DNA of 64,000 nucleotides from contig DASTNI010000041.1 of assembly GCA_035720985.1 (NCBI GenBank), positions 106,740 to 170,739 of the forward strand, written 5' to 3'. A program made the position numbers and the translations under genes. Each line of letters opens with the position of its first letter. Positions within the stretch are counted from its first letter, which is position 1. The DNA is from Rhodanobacteraceae bacterium. GTDB lineage: Bacteria; Pseudomonadota; Gammaproteobacteria; Xanthomonadales; Rhodanobacteraceae. The notes beneath the pieces are model-generated. The model was given only the letters and a program-made list of their open reading frames with translations, did not search any database and had not been told where the DNA came from. This document shows positions 10,111-17,732 of the stretch, in pieces.

Positions 10111-10566
10111 TCAGGTGGGAGCTGGCGGGCAGGGCAGGACGCAGGGGCCGCCCGCAAGCTTGCGCAGGCTGGCCGCGGTCTGGGTGCCGATTTCGGCGGT
10201 GAGGCGTTGCTGGGTGGCGCGCCAGGCGGGCAGCGCCGCCGTGAGCGCGTGCGCGCCCCTGGTCGTCACGGTGGCGATCCGGATGCGGGCATCGTCGCTG
10301 TCGTCCTTGAACGTGACCCAGCCGCGCCGCTCCAGCACGGCGAGATTCCGCGTGAGGGTCGTGCGGTCCGACGACAACAGTTCGGCGAGGGCACCGATCG
10401 CCTGGGGTCCGGCCAGGCGCAGCGCCGCCAGCAGCGTGAATTGTGTCGCCCGCAGCCCGCACGGCCGCAAGGCCTGGTCGAATTCGCGCGTAATGGCGCG
10501 GGCGGCGCGGCGCGCGGCGAGGCACAGGCAACGTGTGGTTTCGAACAGCGACGCGTCGGCAGGCAT
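10111..10566 (-). CDS. MarR family transcriptional regulator
   Basis: Start trimmed to ATG at 10564-10566. The winged-helix region reads LRATQFTLLAALRLAGPQAIGALAELLSSDRTTLTRNLAVLERRGWV. It sits first in the co-directional GST/VOC cluster. Confidence 0.85.
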   Translation of the reverse strand: MPADASLFETTRCLCLAARRAARAITREFDQALRPCGLRATQFTLLAALRLAGPQAIGALAELLSSDRTTLTRNLAVLERRGWVTFKDDSDDARIRIATVTTRGAHALTAALPAWRATQQRLTAEIGTQTAASLRKLAGGPCVLPCPPAPT

Positions 10567-10679
10567 CGGTTGAGTGTATATGCACGTATTTTGCCGCGTC
10601 AACCCGCCGCGCCCCGCCGCGGGCGTGCGCGCCGGGTGCGCGCCCGGAGGGCTGCGCCAAATGGACGTCCAGACGTCCG

Positions 10680-10708
10680 TTGACATGAACTTATGCCACC
10701 ACTAGAGT
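10680..10708 (+). promoter_or_regulatory. Candidate sigma70 promoter of the metX leader (TTGACA-17 nt-TAGAGT)
   Basis: TTGACA lies at 10680-10685 and TAGAGT at 10703-10708, with a 17-nt spacer. The riboswitch P1 stem starts about 10 nt downstream. Confidence 0.45.
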
Positions 10709-10716
10709 TTGGCCCA

Positions 10717-10837
10717 TTGCTCATCGAGACCGGCTGAGGGACAGGCCCTTGGAAGCCGGGGCAACCCGCACGACCGCAAGGTCGCGCACGGTGCCAACTC
10801 CTGCGGAGGCGCTTGGCGCCGCCCGAGAGATGAGCCG
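10717..10837 (+). promoter_or_regulatory. SAM-I (S-box) riboswitch
   Basis: P1 halves are GCTCATC (10719-10725) and GATGAGC (10829-10835). The conserved core is present: GAGGGACAGGCCCTTGGAAGCCGGGGCAACC ... GGTGCCAACTCCTGCGG ... GAGAGATGAGC. It lies directly upstream of metX. Confidence 0.85.
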
Positions 10838-10920
10838 ATCGCCTCCGTCACTCGATGGATGGCGACGGTCAATCCCCGGTTCCCCGCAGGCTCGGTGTGG
10901 CGCTGCGAAAGGAGAATCGG

Positions 10921-11955
10921 ATGAATCTTGCGACCGTCACCGGAACCCCCCACCCCGAGACCGCGGCTGCAGCGCGCGCGGCTGATGCGGCCACGCCGTT
11001 CACGTGCCTGCGCGGAACGCGCGACCTGCGTTTGCAGCCGCACTACGGCGAGGGCATGCGCACCGTCAAGGTGCGCTATCTCTGGGCCGGGGCACCGGGC
11101 GCACCCACCGTGGTGGTCCAGGGCGGCATTTCGGCCGATCGTGACGTCTGCGCGACCGGCGACCATCCGGCGGCCGGTTGGTGGGAAGCGCTGGTCGGCG
11201 CTGGCCGGGCGCTGGACACCGATCATCTGCGGGTGCTGGCCATCGATTGGCTGACGGCGGACGATCTCGCCACGCAGTCGATTTCGAGCACCGACCAGGC
11301 CGACGCGCTGGCGGCGCTGCTGGATGCGCTTGGCATCGTGCGCATCGAGGCGTTCGTGGGGGCGTCCTACGGGGCGATGGTGGGGCTTGCCTTCGCGGCC
11401 CGGCACGAATCGCGCGTGGGCAGGCTGGTGCTGCTCGCGGGGGCTCATCGCCCGCATCCGCTGGCAAGTGCCGAACGCGCGGTCCAGCGCGGCATCCTGC
11501 GGCTCGGGCTGGAAAAAGACTGCGTCGACGCCGCCTTGTCGCTGGCGCGGCAGCTGGCGCTCACCACGTACCGCAGCGGCGCCGAGTTCGCGCAGCGCTT
11601 CGCGGGGCATCCCGAATATCGAGGTGGACGCTGGCGGCTTCCGGTCGAGGGCTGGCTCGAGCACAACGGCGATCGCTTCGTCGCGCGCTTCGATGCGCGG
11701 CGCTACCTCGCGCTGTCCGAGTCGATCGACCTGCACGAGGTCGATCCCGCGAGCGTGCGTGTGCCCGCTTCGTTGATCGGATTCGCCAGCGACCGGCTGG
11801 TGCCGTTGGCCGACATGTGCGAGCTGCAGCAACACCTGGGGGCGCCGGCCAGCCTCGAAGTGATCGAAACGCCTTACGGCCACGATGGGTTCCTCAAGGA
11901 ACCCGTTCGCCTCGCGCCGCTGCTGCACGAGGCCCTGCATGGTTGTGGAGAATGA
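10921..11955 (+). CDS. metX: Homoserine O-acyl (acetyl/succinyl) transferase MetX
   Basis: ATG at 10921 is preceded by AAAGGAG. Alpha/beta hydrolase MetX pattern (VVVQGGISADRDV ... GASYGAMVGLAFAARH ... PYGHDGFLKE). Confidence 0.9.
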   Translation: MNLATVTGTPHPETAAAARAADAATPFTCLRGTRDLRLQPHYGEGMRTVKVRYLWAGAPGAPTVVVQGGISADRDVCATGDHPAAGWWEALVGAGRALDTDHLRVLAIDWLTADDLATQSISSTDQADALAALLDALGIVRIEAFVGASYGAMVGLAFAARHESRVGRLVLLAGAHRPHPLASAERAVQRGILRLGLEKDCVDAALSLARQLALTTYRSGAEFAQRFAGHPEYRGGRWRLPVEGWLEHNGDRFVARFDARRYLALSESIDLHEVDPASVRVPASLIGFASDRLVPLADMCELQQHLGAPASLEVIETPYGHDGFLKEPVRLAPLLHEALHGCGE

Positions 11956-11956
11956 A

Positions 11957-13144
11957 ATGACCAAGCTTGCCGCCACCACGCGCGCGGTGCGCGCCGGGAT
12001 CGAAACCGACCAGCAACACGGCGCCGTCGTGCCGCCGTTGCACCTGTCGACCAACTACTCGTTTGCGGGCTTCAACCAGAAGCGCGAATACGACTATTCG
12101 CGCAGCGGCAATCCCACACGCGACCTGTTGGGCGACGCGCTCACCGAACTCGAACACGGCGTCGGTGCGGTCGTCACCTCGAGCGGCATGTCCGCGGTGG
12201 CGCTGGCGCTGCAACTGGTGCCGGCCGGCGGCAAGGTGCTGGCCGCGCACGATTGCTACGGCGGCACCTGGCGGCTGCTCGACGCGTTGACCGAACAAGG
12301 CCATCTCAGCGTGCGGTTTGCCGACCTCACCGATCCGGCCGCGCTGGCCGCGGGCCTGGCGGCCCACCCCGCGATGGTGTGGGTCGAAACGCCTTCCAAC
12401 CCGTTGCTGCGCATCACCGATATCCGGCACGTGGCCCAGGCGGCGCACGCGGCCGGCGCGCTCTGCGTGGTGGACAACACCTTCCTGTCGCCGGCGTTGC
12501 AGCAGCCGCTGACGCTCGGCGCCGATGTGGTCGTGCATTCGACCACCAAGTACATCAACGGGCACAGCGACGTCGTGGGCGGCGCGGTCATCGGGCGTAC
12601 GCGCGAGCTGGCCGACCAGCTCAAGTGGTGGGGCAACTGCATCGGGCTCATCGGGGCGCCGTTCGACAGCTGGCTGACGCTGCGTGGTCTGCGCACCCTG
12701 AATGCGCGCCTGCGCATCCACCAGGACAACGCGGCCGCGCTGGCGGCGTTGCTGGAGCATCACCCGGCCGTGCAGCACGTGTACTACCCGGGGCTGGCTT
12801 CGCACCCCCAGCACGCGTTGGCCAAGCGCCAGCAGTCGGGGTTTGGCGCGATGCTGAGCTTTGAACTCGCCGGTGGCGAAGCCGCGGTGCGCGCGTTCGT
12901 CGACGGCCTGACCTGCATCACCCTGGCCGAATCCCTGGGCGGCGTGGAGAGCCTGATCGCGCATCCGGCCACCATGACCCATTCGTCGATGGCGCCCGAG
13001 GCGCGGCGCGCGGCGGGTATTTCCGATTCACTGCTGCGCTTCTCGGTAGGCATCGAGGACATCGCCGACCTCACGCGCGACGTCGAAGCGGCCCTGGCGC
13101 GCGCGGCGGCGGCCGAACCCAAATGTCGGGCCGTTCCCGCATGA
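11957..13144 (+). CDS. metB: Cystathionine gamma-synthase / O-succinylhomoserine (thiol)-lyase, PLP-dependent
   Basis: ATG at 11957 sits 1 nt after the metX stop. The Cys/Met-metabolism PLP family motif is HSTTKYINGHSDVVGG. Confidence 0.9.
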   Translation: MTKLAATTRAVRAGIETDQQHGAVVPPLHLSTNYSFAGFNQKREYDYSRSGNPTRDLLGDALTELEHGVGAVVTSSGMSAVALALQLVPAGGKVLAAHDCYGGTWRLLDALTEQGHLSVRFADLTDPAALAAGLAAHPAMVWVETPSNPLLRITDIRHVAQAAHAAGALCVVDNTFLSPALQQPLTLGADVVVHSTTKYINGHSDVVGGAVIGRTRELADQLKWWGNCIGLIGAPFDSWLTLRGLRTLNARLRIHQDNAAALAALLEHHPAVQHVYYPGLASHPQHALAKRQQSGFGAMLSFELAGGEAAVRAFVDGLTCITLAESLGGVESLIAHPATMTHSSMAPEARRAAGISDSLLRFSVGIEDIADLTRDVEAALARAAAAEPKCRAVPA

Positions 13145-14223
13145 GCGTAGCGTTGGCAGAGTACGACGCGCCGGCAGCGTCGCCCGGGCGCAGCGTGGCC
13201 GTGGTCCTGCTGGGCACTGGCAAGGTCGGCGGCATGTTCCTGCAGCTGCTGCGCACGCCCGCCGGGCGCAACCTGCGTCTGGTGGGTGCGGCCAACTCGC
13301 GGCATCAGATAACGCGGCCCAAGGCGCTGGCCGATCGGCGCCTGCGCGAGAACCTCGACACCACCGGCGACGCGCGCGACGACGGCGCGTTGCTCGAGGC
13401 GCTGCACGCGAGCGCCGCGTCGCTCCGCGTCGTCATCGACGCAACCGCGTCCATCGACCTGGCGCAGCGGCATCCGGCGTGGCTGGCGCAGGGTTGCCAC
13501 GTGGTCACCGCCAACAAGGCGCTCGCCGGCGGCAAGCTGGTCGGCTGGCACGCGCTGCAGGCGGCGTGCGCACAGGGCCCTGCGCACTATGGCGACAGCG
13601 CGACCGTGGGCGCCGGCCTGCCGGCGCTGGCAACGCTGCGCCGGCTGTGCCTGTGCGGCGATCGCCCGACGCGCATCGAGGGCGTGTTCTCGGGTTCGTT
13701 TTCCTACCTCTTCAACCATTTCGACGGCAGCGCGCCGTTCTCGCGCCTGCTGGGCGAAGCGCGCCGGCTGGGCTACACCGAGCCCGATCCGCGCTCGGAC
13801 CTGTCGGGCGAGGACGTCGCGCGCAAGCTCCTGATCCTCGCCCGCGCGGCGGGCTTCCTGCTGGACCGCGAACACGTCGAAGTCGAAAACCTCGTTCCCG
13901 AGGCCCTGCGTGATGTGGGCGCCGACGAGCTGCTCGCGCGTCTGGACGAACTGGACGCCCCGCTGGCGGCGCGCCGCGCGGCGGCCGCGGCGCACGGCTG
14001 CGTGTTGCGCTACCTCGCGCGCTTCGACGCCGACGGCACCGCGCACGTGGGTCTGGCCGAGGTGCCGCCGACGCACCCGACGGCGCACCTTTCCGGCGCG
14101 GACAACCTGTTTGCCTTCACCACCGCGCGCTACGCCAAGCGCCCGGTCGTGATCCAGGGTGCGGGCGCGGGCCCGGAAGTCACCGCGCAGGCGCTGCTCG
14201 GCGACGTGCTCGCGCTCAACTGA
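13141..14223 (+). CDS. hom: Homoserine dehydrogenase
   Basis: ATGA overlap with the metB stop at 13141-13144; an alternative ATG lies at 13123. NAD-binding N-terminus LLGTGKVGG and a homoserine dehydrogenase catalytic region (TEPDPRSDLSGEDVARKLLILAR). Confidence 0.85.
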   Translation: MSVALAEYDAPAASPGRSVAVVLLGTGKVGGMFLQLLRTPAGRNLRLVGAANSRHQITRPKALADRRLRENLDTTGDARDDGALLEALHASAASLRVVIDATASIDLAQRHPAWLAQGCHVVTANKALAGGKLVGWHALQAACAQGPAHYGDSATVGAGLPALATLRRLCLCGDRPTRIEGVFSGSFSYLFNHFDGSAPFSRLLGEARRLGYTEPDPRSDLSGEDVARKLLILARAAGFLLDREHVEVENLVPEALRDVGADELLARLDELDAPLAARRAAAAAHGCVLRYLARFDADGTAHVGLAEVPPTHPTAHLSGADNLFAFTTARYAKRPVVIQGAGAGPEVTAQALLGDVLALN

Positions 14224-14227
14224 CGCG

Positions 14228-15889
14228 CTACCGCAGCATGCGCTCGGCGGTGGCCTCGTCGGGCGGCACCAGCGGCGCGTCCGGATGTGCGGAGGCTTGC
14301 CGCTGGATGGCTTCGACCTCGGGCGTGCGCCAGCCGCAGGCCAGTCCCCAGATGAAGAATCCGACGGCGACCACCGCGACCACCAGCAGGTCCCAGCCGT
14401 AGGGCAGGTACCCGTGGCCGCCAAACCGCGTGCTGCCGCCCCAGGACAGCAGCGCGATCGCGGGCAGGTAGAAGATCATCCACAGCGCGCCGCGGACCTG
14501 CTTCAGGAGGTCGAGGCGGCCGCGCTGGACCGCGTACCAGAACCAGACGGGCAGCGCGACCACCATCAGCAAAATGATCTCGCCGGTGCGCGGCCAGCGC
14601 GCCCAGTACAAAAGTTCGGTCGCGAACACGAACGCGAGCCCAGCCACCAACGGCAGCACCGGGATGCGGAGCGGGCGGTGGATGCCGGGCGCGGTGCGTC
14701 GGAGGACCGACACGCTGACCGGCCCGGTCAGGTAGGAAATGATCGTCGCCACCGAGATCACCTCGGCCAGCGTCGCCCAGCCGCGGAAGAAGAACAGGAA
14801 GATGAAGGCGACCACGAGGTTCAGCCACATCGCCGGACGCGGGATGCCGAAGCGCGGGTGCACGCGGCCGAACACCTTCGGGAGGGTGCCGTTGCGCTCC
14901 ATCCCGTAGATCATCCGCGCGGTGGTCGCGGTGTAGGTCGCACCGGTGCCGGACGGGCTGATGAACGCGTCCGAATACAGCAGCAGCGCCAGCCAGTTGA
15001 GGTTCAGCGCCAGCGCGAGCTGCGCGAAGGGCGAAGAGTGTTCGATCGCGGCCCAGCCGCCCTGGGCCAGCAGCGCGGGCTCGGTCGCGCCGATGAAGGC
15101 CACCTGCAGCAGGAGGTACACGATCGTCGCCAGCACGATCGAGCCGATCACGCCGAACGGCACGCTGCGGCCGGGATCCTTGGCTTCGCCCGCGAGGTTC
15201 ACCGGACTCTGGAAGCCGTTGTAGCTGAAGACGATGCCGCTGATCGCGACCGCCGTCAGGATCGCGGAAATGTTGTATGCATGCGGTCCGCCGTGCGCGC
15301 CGATGTGGAAGTTTTCCCAGTGGAACGAGGTTGCGATGAGTGCGATCGCGGTCAGGGTCGGTACCACGAGCTTGTAGAGCGTGATCCAGGTGTTCGTCTT
15401 GGCGAACAGGTTCACGCTCCAGTAGTTGAGCAGGAAGTAGCCGATGACCAGCAGTGCCGAGATCCCGAGCCCGTTCGGGCTCAGTTCGCCCATGCCGCTC
15501 GCGCCCACGTGATAGAGGTCCTGGGCCCACTGCCACGGCCACGAGGCCATGTACTGCACCGAGGCCTCGGCTTCAACCGGAATCACCGAAGCGATCGCGA
15601 TCCAGTTGGCCCACGCCGCGATGAAGCCCACCAGCGTGCCGTGCGAATACTGCCCGTAGCGCACCATGCCGCCGGATTCGGGGAACATGGCGCCGAGTTC
15701 GGCGTAGGTCACCGCGATGAAGAGGATCACCACCGCGCCGATGACCCAGGCCCAGATGGCGCCGGGGCCGGCCAGCTGCGCCGCGCGCCACGCGCCGAAC
15801 AGCCAGCCCGAGCCGATGATCGAACCCAGGCCCGTAAACATCAGCGCCCACGCGCCGACGTTGCGGTGGATTGCGGATTCGTTGCTCAT
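14228..15889 (-). CDS. APC family amino acid permease
   Basis: 553 aa and multi-pass hydrophobic. The N-terminal signature is GLGSIIGSGWLFGAW. Confidence 0.85.
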   Translation of the reverse strand: MSNESAIHRNVGAWALMFTGLGSIIGSGWLFGAWRAAQLAGPGAIWAWVIGAVVILFIAVTYAELGAMFPESGGMVRYGQYSHGTLVGFIAAWANWIAIASVIPVEAEASVQYMASWPWQWAQDLYHVGASGMGELSPNGLGISALLVIGYFLLNYWSVNLFAKTNTWITLYKLVVPTLTAIALIATSFHWENFHIGAHGGPHAYNISAILTAVAISGIVFSYNGFQSPVNLAGEAKDPGRSVPFGVIGSIVLATIVYLLLQVAFIGATEPALLAQGGWAAIEHSSPFAQLALALNLNWLALLLYSDAFISPSGTGATYTATTARMIYGMERNGTLPKVFGRVHPRFGIPRPAMWLNLVVAFIFLFFFRGWATLAEVISVATIISYLTGPVSVSVLRRTAPGIHRPLRIPVLPLVAGLAFVFATELLYWARWPRTGEIILLMVVALPVWFWYAVQRGRLDLLKQVRGALWMIFYLPAIALLSWGGSTRFGGHGYLPYGWDLLVVAVVAVGFFIWGLACGWRTPEVEAIQRQASAHPDAPLVPPDEATAERMLR

Positions 15890-15930
15890 GGATACCGCCC
15901 GCCCGGAAAAGGGTTCCGATGATCGCAGAA

Positions 15931-15951
15931 CACGCGCGGCCGCCGCGCGTG
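15931..15951 (-). terminator. GC-rich hairpin downstream of pepQ (possible terminator)
   Basis: CACGCGCGG-CCG-CCGCGCGTG forms a 9-bp stem with a 3-nt loop. On the minus strand it is followed by TTCT, so the T tract is weak. Confidence 0.3.
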
Positions 15952-15979
15952 GCGGTGGTCATGCGCGGGGCCGCGGGCC

Positions 15980-17314
15980 TCACGTGGCGGCGAAGGCATC
16001 GCGCGTCAGGTTCAGCGGCTCGCCGTCGGTACACACCACGTCATCTTCGATGCGGATGCCGCCGTACTTCCGGAACGCGTCGACGCGCGGCCAGACGACG
16101 TCCGTCGCCGCGGGTTTCGCTTTCAGCTCCGCGAGCAGCAGGTCGATGAAGTACAGGCCGGGCTCGATCGTCGTCGCCATGCCGGGCGCCAGCGTGCGCG
16201 TGTTGCGCAGGAACGGGTGGCGGGCCGGCGGCGGCGCAATGGCGCCGGTTTCGTCCCGCGCGAAGCCCGCGACGTCGTGCACCTGCAGGCCGATGAGGTG
16301 CCCCAGCCCGTGCGGCAGGAATGCCGACGTGATCCCGGTCTCGACCGCCGCTTCCTCCGAACACCGGATGAAGCCGTAGCGCCGCAGCACGCCCGCGAGC
16401 AGATGATGGGCCGCGAGGTGGAGTTCGGGATAGCTCTGCCCCGGCCGCACCATGGCGCAGAGGTCCTGCTGGATGGCGTCGACCGCATCGACCAGCGACT
16501 GGAATTCCACGGCATCGGCGGCGGCGTGGGTGCGCGTGATGTCCGAGTTGTAGCCGTGGAAGGTCCCGCCCGCGTCGATCAGGAACGCCCGTGCGTGTGT
16601 CGGCGGATTGCGGTCCTGGTGCATGTAGTGCAGCACCGCCGCGTGCTGGTCGAGCGCGATGATGTTGCCGTAGGGCAACTGGTGCTCGGCCAGGCGGGTG
16701 GCTTCGAGGTAGCGGCAGTGGATGTCGAACTCGGAGAGCCCCTCGCGGAATGCCTGCTCGGCCGCGCGGTGGCCACGCACCCCGATCCGGCTGGCGACCC
16801 GCAGCATGGTGGTTTCATAGGGCGTCTTGTACGCCCGCCGGTAGTGCAAAAGGTGCATCAGCGCGGCGGGGGGGTCGGGGACGAACCCGTCGAGCGCGGC
16901 CTCGGCCGGCCCGACGATGGCGCAGCGCTCGGGATCATGCGGCAGCTCGCGCCGCACGGCCTCGGGCGTGTGCACCGTCACCACATCGAAATGGTCGACC
17001 CAGTAACCCACGGGGGAGGCGGGGACCACGTGCCAATAATCGTGCGGTTGCAGAAAGATCAACCGCGGCTTGTGGCCAGGCGTGTAGACGATCCAGCTTC
17101 CTGGCGCGTCCGCCAACGGCAGCCAGTGCAGGAAATGCGGGTTGGCCTTGAACGGATAGCCCTCGTCATCGAGGAACCACAGATGCTGCTGGCCGGCAGC
17201 CACCGCCAGCGTGTCGCGGGCGCACGCGGCGAGCGCGTCCGCGCTGCGGTGCTCCACTTCGGCAAGGTGCGCGGGATACAGCGCGGCGAGGTTGTCCTGG
17301 GGGAGTGCGGTCAT
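15980..17314 (-). CDS. pepQ: Xaa-Pro dipeptidase
   Basis: Start trimmed to ATG at 17312-17314 (MTALPQDNLAALYPAHL...). M24B motifs are present: DAGGTFHGYNSDITRT, HGLGHLIGLQVHD, IEPGLY, GGIRIEDDVV. Confidence 0.85.
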   Translation of the reverse strand: MTALPQDNLAALYPAHLAEVEHRSADALAACARDTLAVAAGQQHLWFLDDEGYPFKANPHFLHWLPLADAPGSWIVYTPGHKPRLIFLQPHDYWHVVPASPVGYWVDHFDVVTVHTPEAVRRELPHDPERCAIVGPAEAALDGFVPDPPAALMHLLHYRRAYKTPYETTMLRVASRIGVRGHRAAEQAFREGLSEFDIHCRYLEATRLAEHQLPYGNIIALDQHAAVLHYMHQDRNPPTHARAFLIDAGGTFHGYNSDITRTHAAADAVEFQSLVDAVDAIQQDLCAMVRPGQSYPELHLAAHHLLAGVLRRYGFIRCSEEAAVETGITSAFLPHGLGHLIGLQVHDVAGFARDETGAIAPPPARHPFLRNTRTLAPGMATTIEPGLYFIDLLLAELKAKPAATDVVWPRVDAFRKYGGIRIEDDVVCTDGEPLNLTRDAFAAT

Positions 17315-17390
17315 GGCGAAACGTCCGGAACGGGGGTGCCATGATGCGGCGGCGCGCGCCGCGAGGCAAAGCCGCGCGGCCGGCGGGGGC

Positions 17391-17732
17391 TCAGGCCGTG
17401 TGGATGGCCAGCCAGTGGTCCAGCGAGTCGGCCGCCGGCCCGCTGATCGAAATGATGCGCAGCCCGGACCACTGGTAGTCGCCGGTGCTCGCGGCATCGG
17501 TCCACATGGTGTGCACACCGGTCTCGATCTTGACCTGGTTGCCGACGGGGTCGGGCAGGAAGAAGCGCAGCTGGTAGAGCGCGTTGTCGCGCAGCGGGCG
17601 ATGGCAAATGAGCATCATGCCGTTGCGGGAAAGGTTGCCGATCCGGCCGATCGGCTCGCCGGTGACGTCGTTGGTAACCTCGATCGGGACCTGGGTCGCC
17701 TTGCGGGGCGCACTGCGGCGCTCGTCGTTCAT
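17391..17732 (-). CDS. PilZ domain protein (c-di-GMP binding motifs intact)
   Basis: 113 aa. RRSAPR (RxxxR) and NLSRNG (D/NxSxxG) motifs are present. The ATG overlaps the upstream gene's stop (ATGA at 17729-17732). Confidence 0.85.
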   Translation of the reverse strand: MNDERRSAPRKATQVPIEVTNDVTGEPIGRIGNLSRNGMMLICHRPLRDNALYQLRFFLPDPVGNQVKIETGVHTMWTDAASTGDYQWSGLRIISISGPAADSLDHWLAIHTA

